A stretch of 64,000 nucleotides of DNA from a virus, in IMG/VR virus record IMGVR_UViG_3300044675_001548, positions 1-64,000 of that record. The stretch is one strand, 5' to 3'. Below the pieces are notes generated by a model, which searched no databases, was not told the DNA's origin, and worked only from the letters and a program-made list of their open reading frames with translations. Each line of letters begins with the position of its first letter. Within the stretch, counting starts at the first letter, position 1. A program made the translations under genes and the position numbers. Shown one piece after another: positions 10,637 through 19,639 of this stretch.

Positions 10637-12730
10637 TTATTGAGAATTACAAGTCTTAAGTGTTGAATTACATCCACATCCACATGAACTTGGTGGACAA
10701 CCACAAGATTGAGTAGGTGCACACACATAATCAGGATCAATTAAAGCAGCCAAATCTATTAGCTCTTTTTTAATTAACCACTTCTCATCATCTTCAGGAC
10801 AACAGTTACTTAATCCATATCTGAGTCTCATCACTTCTTTATACAGTATCTCTGATGCTCTACAAGTAATCTTTTCCCACTTATCTATATCACATGTTGG
10901 AACAGAGTATCCTGGTTTAATTTTTCTTTTAGGAACAACTATAGGACAAGTGTAAACACCAACTGTATTAGTTGATTCACATTCTCCAAATATTTCTAAT
11001 GTATCTGTGTCAGGATAATCTATTGTCCAAACCTTAAGGCATATCTTTCCACTTGTTTCTCCTGCTCCTAATGTTAGAACTACTGTTTGATCATTACAAT
11101 CTATATACTCATACTCTTTATTTTGAGTGCTAAAATTTGTCATTTTATTACACATGCACGGAAGTACAGGTGTACAAGATGGACAATCTATATAAGTATT
11201 AGTTATTGTAACAGCTACTGGGTTTATTGGTATCTCAACTTCACTTATTTCCCAGCAGCCCTCACAGCCTTGTACATTAACTATATCATCAAGATAGGTA
11301 GAAAGATCAGAACCTGTATATATTGGATCAAGTAAATTATTACAATCTTCTAATATATAATACTGAGTCAAACATGCAGGACATGAGCTAAATGAAGTTA
11401 GTATAACTACAGTAGTTATGCTTGGTGGTTGGAAATCTATAAGTTCTACAAAGAAACAACCACAGTCTTCTACTTTAACATACTCTCCAACAAATAAAGA
11501 TAAGTCTTGGTAAGTATATTTTATATCATCCGGGTTCTCACAACCTGTAAGTTTATAGGCTATTATAGGTAAGCATTCTCCACAAGATCCATACTCTCTA
11601 ACTACTATAGGGCTAATGGGACAATCACAAAGTTCTTCTGAATCTCTTACAGACCAACATCCATCATAACCTACTATTTCAACTACAGTATTAGTATTGA
11701 CATATTGAAATAAACTTTGTAGTGTAGAGTACAGTATTTGACCTGTATCACAGTTTTCAAGCTCATAGCATACTAATGGGCATTCCCCATCTATACATGC
11801 TCCATTATTGATAATTTGATAATTATTAACTATACCGCTTACAGATGGATAGGTTTGTGAACAGAATTTTTGTAATGGCCCAGGACCTACAACAGTTTGT
11901 AAAACACCATCACAATCTAAATATTTTACTTGTTTAAATGTTCCTGTTATCTCATAACATTCACATGGACAAGGTGTTGGAAAAGTATCATCAATTCCAA
12001 AGTCATTAAAAGGATTGTTACAAGGTCCTGTATTTTCTAGTAGAAACCAGGTTGATAATTCACCATCTATAGAGATTACTAGATAGTCACCTACTGTGGC
12101 ATTAGTTTCTAAAAATGGATTTGTACTAGGAAATGATACACCATCACAATTAATCAGTGTATAACACTTTGGTTGACAGTCACATATTTCTTGGTATTCA
12201 GGATCTGTACACTTTGCTTCAGGATCTGTTGTAATTACTGTAAAATAAGCTAAAGAAGGGGCAGGTCCTAAACCAACCCAATTTGAACCTAGATAAGTAT
12301 TTACTCTATAACAACTATCTGAAAAGCCTGGAAATAATGTAGTAGGTTTTACAAGTGTACCGTAATCTGTTGTACCATCATATATAAATTCTAAGAAATC
12401 AGTATCATCACAACAGCTTGTGAATCTTATTATTTCACGTTCAAACAGTGGTTCACATGCAATACACTGTTCATCAGAACAGTTTGAAACAAGTGTAAAA
12501 TCATTATAACTTGGTGCCTCAGGATAGGAAGCAAAATTAGTATCAACTACTTGTATTGTATAACACTGACCATTTTGAAATGATACACCATTAACAGGTT
12601 GTGCAAAAGTAGTTCCATTATATATATATACACCATTAGGTACTGGACCATCAGGTATATGAAAGTTTGTTATTTGAGTACCTGAGTCAGGACAACATGG
12701 TATAATATTATATCTAGGAACTGCAGCCAT
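10637..12730 (-). CDS. Cys-rich repeat virion-associated protein, 697 aa
   Basis: Tandem about 65-aa repeats starting CYTLINC / CYELENC / AYKLTGC / YYILEDC, most ending CxxC. Confidence 0.7.
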   Translation of the reverse strand: MAAVPRYNIIPCCPDSGTQITNFHIPDGPVPNGVYIYNGTTFAQPVNGVSFQNGQCYTIQVVDTNFASYPEAPSYNDFTLVSNCSDEQCIACEPLFEREIIRFTSCCDDTDFLEFIYDGTTDYGTLVKPTTLFPGFSDSCYRVNTYLGSNWVGLGPAPSLAYFTVITTDPEAKCTDPEYQEICDCQPKCYTLINCDGVSFPSTNPFLETNATVGDYLVISIDGELSTWFLLENTGPCNNPFNDFGIDDTFPTPCPCECYEITGTFKQVKYLDCDGVLQTVVGPGPLQKFCSQTYPSVSGIVNNYQIINNGACIDGECPLVCYELENCDTGQILYSTLQSLFQYVNTNTVVEIVGYDGCWSVRDSEELCDCPISPIVVREYGSCGECLPIIAYKLTGCENPDDIKYTYQDLSLFVGEYVKVEDCGCFFVELIDFQPPSITTVVILTSFSSCPACLTQYYILEDCNNLLDPIYTGSDLSTYLDDIVNVQGCEGCWEISEVEIPINPVAVTITNTYIDCPSCTPVLPCMCNKMTNFSTQNKEYEYIDCNDQTVVLTLGAGETSGKICLKVWTIDYPDTDTLEIFGECESTNTVGVYTCPIVVPKRKIKPGYSVPTCDIDKWEKITCRASEILYKEVMRLRYGLSNCCPEDDEKWLIKKELIDLAALIDPDYVCAPTQSCGCPPSSCGCGCNSTLKTCNSQ

Positions 12731-12731
12731 T

Positions 12732-12923
12732 TTATTTGGTAAATTTCTTCAGGTTTAAATATCTATTTGGTCCCCAAGTATTTGTGGTTGTAACAGGTTT
12801 AGCTGGAGTAACAGTTTTAGCTACTTTAGTAGCACAACTACTACATCCTTGTTTTCCATTTGGAAGTGTTCTTTTCTGACATCCACAACTTAATTTGGCT
12901 CCGCAATTAGGACAACTACTCAT
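12732..12923 (-). CDS. Small Cys-rich metal-binding protein, 63 aa
   Basis: CPNCG..LSCGCQ...GCSSC; AAAACCAACAA leader; tightly packed in the operon. Confidence 0.65.
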   Translation of the reverse strand: MSSCPNCGAKLSCGCQKRTLPNGKQGCSSCATKVAKTVTPAKPVTTTNTWGPNRYLNLKKFTK

Positions 12924-12942
12924 TTTGTTGGTTTTAAAATGT

Positions 12943-13485
12943 TTAACAATTAGTACAAGTTAATTTATTTAAAAGCTTAAGTGCATAATTGTATAAGCTC
13001 ATTCCTTTCTGAGGCTCATGACAATATTCTACTTTTGCTTTTGCAGCTTGAAGATACATATTAATTAATCTCAAAGCTTCTAATTTCTTTTTGATTGCTG
13101 CTGGCGGATCACATGCTGCAGCATCTACATCACACAAAACTTTATTGTACTTTATTAAAGCTTGTGTAATTCTCATGTGGTTGTATTCTACATATACCTG
13201 ATCATTAGGAGATACACTATACTTGATAATATATATCCCGTCCGGTATATCATAGTTTACTGTTCCACAATCTACAGTTTGTAACTGAAGATCACATGCA
13301 GTTATTGTCTCTGCAAAGTTTTCAGTAGTATTTAGCTGTACTGAATATCCAAATCCAGGTACAGTGATGTTTAATGTTGGACAAGTTACGGGAAGTAATG
13401 TTGTATAAACACTTGTATCAAATAACTTCATGATACATGAGTTCATAACTGTAGGTACTTCCAAGCTTAATACATGATTTGCCAT
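12943..13485 (-). CDS. Hypothetical structural-module protein, 180 aa
   Basis: Intact ORF in operon; IPDGIYIIKYSV motif. Confidence 0.75.
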   Translation of the reverse strand: MANHVLSLEVPTVMNSCIMKLFDTSVYTTLLPVTCPTLNITVPGFGYSVQLNTTENFAETITACDLQLQTVDCGTVNYDIPDGIYIIKYSVSPNDQVYVEYNHMRITQALIKYNKVLCDVDAAACDPPAAIKKKLEALRLINMYLQAAKAKVEYCHEPQKGMSLYNYALKLLNKLTCTNC

Positions 13486-13497
13486 GATGTTTATAAT

Positions 13498-13531
13498 AAA
13501 AAAGGGGAGGAGTATTACACTCGGCTCCCCC
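13498..13531 (-). terminator. Intrinsic terminator
   Basis: GGGGAG(CC)GAGT-GTAAT-ACTCCTCCCC then TTTTTT, after the 528-aa gene. Confidence 0.8.
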
Positions 13532-13558
13532 TTTATGTTTATAGTTTAAATACTATTC

Positions 13559-15145
13559 TTATGGTGCTGGACAGAACTCTGTTACGTTAGGAGTGAAGTT
13601 AGTTGTTAAAACTGGGAAAGTATAAACCGGTTCACAAACTGGTTCAACACATCCTTCAATTTCAAGACCTGTACACTGAGAACAATCTCCTAACCATGCA
13701 TTAACAAAAGTTTCAAATGCAGAAATACGATCACAAGTAATAACTTCTAACAAGTATTGGTCATTATCAAATGTACTAGTTGGGTTATTGAAACGTGGTA
13801 CATTGTGTTGGATAAAGTATCTGAAATACAAAGTATTTCTGTTAATGAAATCAAACACACTGTATCCTTGTGTAATCTCCCTGATACGGAAATCTGAATG
13901 GAAGAAGTTTTGTCTGTATTGCTCAGATAAAATAACATCTCTTGCAACTGACTCACCTAATCCCATTACTTGTCTTCCTTCACATTCTTTAACTACACAT
14001 ACTCCGTTGAACAAACATGGATCACCATTTAAGTCCATTTCAGATACATACAATCTAACTGGCTCTACTTCATAGAAGTCAGTGATTTGGAATGTACAGT
14101 TTTGGAATTTAGTATCTACATAAGCTCCGTTAAGAACTAAACCAGCACAACCATCAGGAGTGTGTCCTGGAGATACATAATGATCCCAAGTATCAACATT
14201 ATTAGCAGCTAAGAAAGCAGCACTTGTTCCTGGTGCATACCAAGGAGTACCTGTCTCATCAACTAAGATGATTTGCATGAATGGAGAGATAACTGGATAT
14301 CTTGTAATAGCTTCAGCCCATTGTTTGAAGATTAATGTAGAGTCAATTACTACTGGAGCAATTGCACCTTCTGGACAACATCCACCGTATGCAGAAGCAA
14401 TGATGTAAGAGTTGTGGTTAAGTAATCTTAATGCAGGAGAACCTTTAACATCAACACGTAATGTATAAGTCTCACCACAGAAAAATTCTTTACAACAGTT
14501 TGCACCAACACCAGCTGTTACAGTAAATGTAGGTTGAGTACCAGTACCATCAGTATAAGGAATTTGATCTGTACTTGTAGTTACAACATCTCCAGTAACC
14601 CATCCTGAACCACCATTAACAATCTCTACAAAAGTAACATTGTTTCCTGATACAGTAATATTAGCTACTAATCCTGATCCTGTAGGAGCTGTAGTATCTA
14701 CTAAAGGAATATCAGTATATACACCATTTACTAAATCTACACCATCATTTGTAATTGCTAATGCTAAAGCTACATCATCAGTCCAAGCTGTGTTACCAAC
14801 ATGTACTACTTCATTTTGTGGTAAACATGGATCTACACGGTAGAATTTGTTTACATATCTTGGATTGATTTCCTTAGATTTGTTAGATTCTGTATATCCT
14901 CCATGGAAAGGACCAATTTTATCATTTTGATAAATTGAACCTGCAGCAAGGATAAGGTTACAACAACCAACTGTTTCAGCATTATAAGTTGTTGGAACTA
15001 TACTCCAAGTTTTAGGATTAACAAATCCAAATGATCCACCAGGGAAAATATTTCCGGTAGTTCCTAACTGACCCCCATCAAGATCAGTATAACCTCCTAT
15101 GGTTCCCACAAAGGTTTTTCTAAAGGCATGATTAAAATAACTCAT
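13559..15145 (-). CDS. Virion structural protein (auxiliary capsid/decoration-like), 528 aa
   Basis: Beta-rich ORF with its own terminator; contains a GSG...VEIVNGGSGW..GD module also seen in 37721..38524. Confidence 0.5.
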   Translation of the reverse strand: MSYFNHAFRKTFVGTIGGYTDLDGGQLGTTGNIFPGGSFGFVNPKTWSIVPTTYNAETVGCCNLILAAGSIYQNDKIGPFHGGYTESNKSKEINPRYVNKFYRVDPCLPQNEVVHVGNTAWTDDVALALAITNDGVDLVNGVYTDIPLVDTTAPTGSGLVANITVSGNNVTFVEIVNGGSGWVTGDVVTTSTDQIPYTDGTGTQPTFTVTAGVGANCCKEFFCGETYTLRVDVKGSPALRLLNHNSYIIASAYGGCCPEGAIAPVVIDSTLIFKQWAEAITRYPVISPFMQIILVDETGTPWYAPGTSAAFLAANNVDTWDHYVSPGHTPDGCAGLVLNGAYVDTKFQNCTFQITDFYEVEPVRLYVSEMDLNGDPCLFNGVCVVKECEGRQVMGLGESVARDVILSEQYRQNFFHSDFRIREITQGYSVFDFINRNTLYFRYFIQHNVPRFNNPTSTFDNDQYLLEVITCDRISAFETFVNAWLGDCSQCTGLEIEGCVEPVCEPVYTFPVLTTNFTPNVTEFCPAP

Positions 15146-15212
15146 TGTTTTTTTGTTTTAGTTTATAAATATATATACTATAATATAGTAAAAGTTTTTG
15201 AAATAACAAAAT

Positions 15213-15725
15213 TTATTTCAAGAAAAGTAATTTATACTTAGTAGAATTGATAGAATCCTTAACCAAGTCTAGATTATTTACTATCTCTGAATAAGGTAAC
15301 ATCCCCTGGAGTTTGTTTACCATAGCATACAGATCTCTAAGATATGATACACCATCAGCTACAGTATCTAATGTTCTTGGTGCTACATCTTTTATTGTCA
15401 ATAGTTTTTCAGAAACTCCTTGATAACCTTCCACAAGTGTATCAGCCTGTCCTGGTAAACCATCATAGAAATCTCCAAGAGCAATATGAGCAGCATAAGA
15501 TCCTTCTCCTTTTACTTTTAAATGAAGCTTGTGAAAACTATTTCTAGCATTCATAAATTCCATTGCACATGCTGCTACCATATTATCTAATGAACTACCA
15601 CCCACACCTGTATCTGGAGTTGGTTGTGGTTTAGCTGGTTCTTCTTTAGGTTGTGTTACTGTTACTTCTGGTCTACTAACTGTTCTAGCAGGTTCAGGAT
15701 TTCTTTTTAACATTCTTGTTGCCAT
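15213..15725 (-). CDS. Ferritin/Dps-like protein (DUF5856-type)
   Basis: FHKLHLKVKGEGSYAAHIALGDFYDGLPGQADTLVEGYQG matches the Dps-like H...H.ALG.FY......D...E pattern. Confidence 0.7.
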   Translation of the reverse strand: MATRMLKRNPEPARTVSRPEVTVTQPKEEPAKPQPTPDTGVGGSSLDNMVAACAMEFMNARNSFHKLHLKVKGEGSYAAHIALGDFYDGLPGQADTLVEGYQGVSEKLLTIKDVAPRTLDTVADGVSYLRDLYAMVNKLQGMLPYSEIVNNLDLVKDSINSTKYKLLFLK

Positions 15726-15730
15726 TGTTT

Positions 15731-16429
15731 TTAGTTGTTACGTTCAGCACCTTCACTACCTCTAGAGAATTGGTTTCCAGACTCAATATCTCCAGCAAGT
15801 ATACTCACTGCCTCATCTATTATTAATTCTATTATATCATCTTTAAATTCACATGTTACTTCAGCTGCAGAGGCTACATTAGTATATGGATCTACACATC
15901 CCTGGATTTGAATTTTAATAGGCTGTCTGTAATATATAAGATCTGCCTTTTGTATATCAAATGCATTATTGGTATAAATATGCACATCACCACCTATTAA
16001 TGTAGCAAAAGTCTCTGCCCATTCAAAGTTAGGTTGCTTAGCTTTATCTCTCAGAAGTTGATTAAGGTTTCCTTCTTCTGCTAAGTATACTGTCATTCTT
16101 CTTTTTTCACAACAGTCTTTTTGAGCAAAGACATCAACTCTTTTCCACTGAAGATAATCTTCAGGAAGAACTGATCTATAATAATCATCTTTATCTATCA
16201 GTCCAAGGTTATCAGTAGAAAGTAATATTTGCATATCATCTTTTCTCCTGGTTGATCCTTCATCACCTTCCTTTACTAAGTTCATACCATGAAGCTGTCT
16301 TCTAGACCACTCTACCTGAGCTTTATTAAAAGACTCAACAATCTGCCAGCACTCTATGTTATCAAAGTCCTGAGAGTCAAGCTTGTTAAGCCTTTGCTTC
16401 ATCTTTATGGTTATAGTGCTATTAAGCAT
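15731..16429 (-). CDS. Tail ring/adaptor protein, 232 aa
   Basis: MKQRLNKLDSQ...IVESFNKAQ...YYRQP...ELIIDEAV resembles crAss-like ring proteins. Confidence 0.55.
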   Translation of the reverse strand: MLNSTITIKMKQRLNKLDSQDFDNIECWQIVESFNKAQVEWSRRQLHGMNLVKEGDEGSTRRKDDMQILLSTDNLGLIDKDDYYRSVLPEDYLQWKRVDVFAQKDCCEKRRMTVYLAEEGNLNQLLRDKAKQPNFEWAETFATLIGGDVHIYTNNAFDIQKADLIYYRQPIKIQIQGCVDPYTNVASAAEVTCEFKDDIIELIIDEAVSILAGDIESGNQFSRGSEGAERNN

Positions 16430-16432
16430 GTC

Positions 16433-16906
16433 TTATTTTTTTCTTTTTATAGGACCACCTTTTTTCTTACCTGATGCAATTTGATTCATTTTTGGATTAG
16501 CTTTTAAATAATCTCTTGAAGCTTGATTAAATCTACCCATGAAACCTTTTCCACTTTTACCATATATTGTTCCTGCATCTACTTCTTTTTTATAAAAAGC
16601 ATCTGTACCTTCTACAGCTTTACTAAATCTAGGATCATTATAATAATTGTTTTCTGCTATATTATTACTTCCCTTATAAGCATCAGGTGCAGGACCTGTA
16701 AAAGACATATCTCTTTGTTTTCTAGCATATTCACTAAATGGTTCAGCTCCAACCATTGGTGCATTACTATATTGTTTTTTAAGGTCTGATTCTTTTATAG
16801 TCATACCATCTTGAGCTTTCTTGATAGACTTTTTTACTTTAGCCTGTCTAGCTTCATTAGCTTTTCTAAAGAATGTGATTGGGTTTTCTTTATTAGTCTT
16901 TTTCAT
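16433..16906 (-). CDS. Lys-rich basic protein with xxxGG motif, 157 aa
   Basis: ORF track; AQDG and KKKGG motifs. Confidence 0.75.
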   Translation of the reverse strand: MKKTNKENPITFFRKANEARQAKVKKSIKKAQDGMTIKESDLKKQYSNAPMVGAEPFSEYARKQRDMSFTGPAPDAYKGSNNIAENNYYNDPRFSKAVEGTDAFYKKEVDAGTIYGKSGKGFMGRFNQASRDYLKANPKMNQIASGKKKGGPIKRKK

Positions 16907-16908
16907 AG

Positions 16909-17265
16909 TTATTTCTTTTTATTAGCTTTTGCTATTTTCTTAAAAGTTAGTGCTAAAGTTCTAGCTTTACCAGTGCAACCAGGTTTAGTTATTGGAGTAC
17001 ATTTACCTTCAGTGCCTCTACGTTTAATAGAAGCTGAAGCTTTTTGCATCCATTTGTTATTAGTAGCCCCACCTTTTTTCTTTTTATCCATGGATACACC
17101 AAACTCATCTTCAATAGACTTTTTATATTGTTCTAGTTCTTCTCTTGCTCTTTTCTGTTCTTTAGTTGGAGGCTTAAGTTTGTATTTAATTACACCCTCA
17201 ACATAACCCTTTGCAAGTTTCACTTTGTCTTTTAAAGGTATTTTAGATTTCTTTGGCTTTAACAT
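16909..17265 (-). CDS. Lys-rich basic protein, 118 aa
   Basis: ORF track; KKKKGG, WMQKA...RRGTEGKC; contiguous with its neighbours. Confidence 0.75.
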   Translation of the reverse strand: MLKPKKSKIPLKDKVKLAKGYVEGVIKYKLKPPTKEQKRAREELEQYKKSIEDEFGVSMDKKKKGGATNNKWMQKASASIKRRGTEGKCTPITKPGCTGKARTLALTFKKIAKANKKK

Positions 17266-17267
17266 TA

Positions 17268-18248
17268 CTATCTTTTTTTAGCTCCACCTAATTTTTTAAT
17301 AACACCTCTTCCTTTAAGAATGTCAGCTCTAGTAACTTTACCATCTTTATTTAAATCTGGAAAACCACCTTTCTGCATTTTACGTGCTGTTACACATCTT
17401 CCATTCTCATCTCTTACTGTACCTCCTTTACAAGAAGCTTGTACAGCACGGTTAGGTGCAAAGGATCCGCCAGACTGTAAAATTCTACCGGCATCACTTC
17501 TTGGGTTGTTAGAATACTTAGGCATTCCTACTATTGTAGATCCACCCATTTGATATTTTTTAGTTGCACCACCTCTTCTTTTTTGTTCAGTAGTATTAGA
17601 AGCTAGTTGTTTTCTTGCTTCTTTACTTGTCATAGTTGGATTAGACTTTTTAAGTTCTTTAACAGCTTTTCTTTTTTTGCTATAATCAGAAATCATTTTA
17701 CCAGCTACACTAACAGCACCACTAATAGATGTAGCAAGGCCTGCTACAGCTGATGTACAATCAATACACTTTTTACCATTCCAACATTTATTAATACCAG
17801 GACAAGGCTTACTAGAAGAACCACCTTTGGCCATCTTGCTTACAGGACTAATTTTACCTGTTCTTTTTTTAATATCTGAATGAACTTTGTCTTGTAATTC
17901 TTTAAACGGACTTTGTTTAACACCAGGTTTAACCGGTCTTACAGGACCACCTTTTTGTTTTTTATCTGGAACATGCATAGTTTTTTTAACTTTAGATTTG
18001 AGTGAATTATACCAGTCTGGTTGTTTTTGATCTGTATCTGTTATTTTATCATCTACATATTTCAGAGCTTTAGTTACCTTATCATGAGGAACATTGAATG
18101 GATATGTTTTTCTAAAAACATTATCTAGACCTTTTGAAATATCCTCAGTAAAAGAAGTAGTTTTACCACCCTTTTGCATTTTCTTAACAGCAGCAACTTT
18201 GCCACCAGATTTCATTTTACCACCACAACCGTATTTACAAGTTTTCAT
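17268..18248 (-). CDS. Lys-rich protein with about ten xxxGG motifs, 326 aa
   Basis: MKSGG, MQKGG x2, KQKGG, MAKGG, KRRGG, YQMGG, LQSGG, KKLGG; also PDLNKDGKVTRADIL (EF-hand/dockerin-like). Confidence 0.8.
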   Translation of the reverse strand: MKTCKYGCGGKMKSGGKVAAVKKMQKGGKTTSFTEDISKGLDNVFRKTYPFNVPHDKVTKALKYVDDKITDTDQKQPDWYNSLKSKVKKTMHVPDKKQKGGPVRPVKPGVKQSPFKELQDKVHSDIKKRTGKISPVSKMAKGGSSSKPCPGINKCWNGKKCIDCTSAVAGLATSISGAVSVAGKMISDYSKKRKAVKELKKSNPTMTSKEARKQLASNTTEQKRRGGATKKYQMGGSTIVGMPKYSNNPRSDAGRILQSGGSFAPNRAVQASCKGGTVRDENGRCVTARKMQKGGFPDLNKDGKVTRADILKGRGVIKKLGGAKKR

Positions 18249-18260
18249 TTTATATATGTT

Positions 18261-18785
18261 TTAACAATTCCATTTTCTTAGTGAAAGAGCCTTTCTTGTA
18301 GGTCTTCCTTTTTCATCCTTCATAGGACCTTTTACTCCAGACATTCTAGCACAGAAGCTTTTTCTTCTCTTAGCATCTTTACTTCCAGGTTTTAATTTAG
18401 AAGGTTTAGTAGTTACAGCTGTTTGAAGTTTACTTCCTGGATTCTCTCTTCTATAAGAAGCTACTCCTTTAGCATTGAGACCACCTTCTGGATTCTTACC
18501 TTCTTTCCTAGTCCATGCAGGAGAAGATCCTCCTTTCTGCATTTTTGGCTTTGGGTAAGGATTTTCTCTATGCCATCTTTTAGTATCTGCTACCCCTTGC
18601 TTAAGTGTTTTTGCTCTTCCTTTTGCTGTTAAGTCTATAGTATCCCATTCTCCTTTATCTTTAGTAGGATGATTAACCATGATATTACCAACTTTTCCCT
18701 CACCTCTTTTTGTAGTTTTTTTATAAACTACATGTTTTTCACCACCGGCAGTTACTGTTACTTTCTTAGTCTTTGCCTGTGCCAT
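18261..18785 (-). CDS. Basic protein; C-terminal domain recalled as DUF6321-like
   Basis: MQKGG followed by GGLNAKG...RRKSFCARM.G...RKWNC. Confidence 0.65.
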   Translation of the reverse strand: MAQAKTKKVTVTAGGEKHVVYKKTTKRGEGKVGNIMVNHPTKDKGEWDTIDLTAKGRAKTLKQGVADTKRWHRENPYPKPKMQKGGSSPAWTRKEGKNPEGGLNAKGVASYRRENPGSKLQTAVTTKPSKLKPGSKDAKRRKSFCARMSGVKGPMKDEKGRPTRKALSLRKWNC

Positions 18786-18787
18786 GA

Positions 18788-19027
18788 TTAAATCTTTTTA
18801 CCAGCAGCAATACTGTTAAATTCTTTTGCTTTCTCAGCAGCCATTTTCTTTACATCAGCCATAAGCTTAGCATTCTTTTGTATCTCAGATGCTCTCTGTA
18901 ATGTAGACATAGCAGATTCAATTTCCCATTTTCTTTGTTCTGCTTTACCACCAAAAATGGAAATACCAACTGAAGAAGTTGATTTCTTAGCTGGTGCTTT
19001 TTTAGTTGTTGTTTTTTTAATTGCCAT
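18788..19027 (-). CDS. Small basic protein, 79 aa
   Basis: ORF track; histone-H1-like KKTTTKKAPAKK N-terminus. Confidence 0.75.
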   Translation of the reverse strand: MAIKKTTTKKAPAKKSTSSVGISIFGGKAEQRKWEIESAMSTLQRASEIQKNAKLMADVKKMAAEKAKEFNSIAAGKKI

Positions 19028-19032
19028 AACTA

Positions 19033-19296
19033 TTAATGTTTTTTAGATGTTCTCAATCCTTTAGTAGAAGTTTGTCTTCTCAATGAACTTCCTTTTATTA
19101 CTGATCCACCTTTTTTCTTTACTATAGGACCTGGTTCTGCAGGTTTATAAGGTGTAGGTATGAACATTTCATTGTTAGGATCATTTGCAGGATTATTTTC
19201 TGCAGATCTAAAAGCTGCTTGAGCCGCTTCCTTTTGTGTCATAGGACCAGCTTCTATACCATTTTGACCCTTAATTAATTTTTTTTTTGATTTCAT
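19033..19296 (-). CDS. Small basic protein, 87 aa
   Basis: ORF track; GQNG and KKKGG motifs. Confidence 0.7.
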   Translation of the reverse strand: MKSKKKLIKGQNGIEAGPMTQKEAAQAAFRSAENNPANDPNNEMFIPTPYKPAEPGPIVKKKGGSVIKGSSLRRQTSTKGLRTSKKH

Positions 19297-19298
19297 AA

Positions 19299-19637
19299 CT
19301 ATACTTTTTTAACTCTTCTTCCCATACCTACTCTAGACTTCTCAGCTTTTTTAGCAGCTAGTTTAGAAGGAGTTAGTTCACTTTTAGTTTTAGGAGTATC
19401 TCTTGATACTCTTTTTGTAGGCCGGCAGTATTCATTTTTACCACCGGCACCACAAGGTTTTCCTGATTTAGTATCTTGCCACTTTTCCGCTTGCCATCTT
19501 TTAAGCTCAGTTCCTTTCTCAGTCTTTCTAACAGTGCCTTTACCTTTACGGCATTTGGCAATTGCTTGAGAAGCTCTTGCTGAAGGGAACACAGCATATC
19601 GTGCTTTTACACTATGATAGCAAGAATCCTTTGGCAT
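19299..19637 (-). CDS. Basic Cys-containing phage protein, 112 aa
   Basis: LKRWQAEKWQD...CG...YCRPTKRVS..TPKT pattern recalled from environmental phages. Confidence 0.7.
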   Translation of the reverse strand: MPKDSCYHSVKARYAVFPSARASQAIAKCRKGKGTVRKTEKGTELKRWQAEKWQDTKSGKPCGAGGKNEYCRPTKRVSRDTPKTKSELTPSKLAAKKAEKSRVGMGRRVKKV

Positions 19638-19639
19638 GA

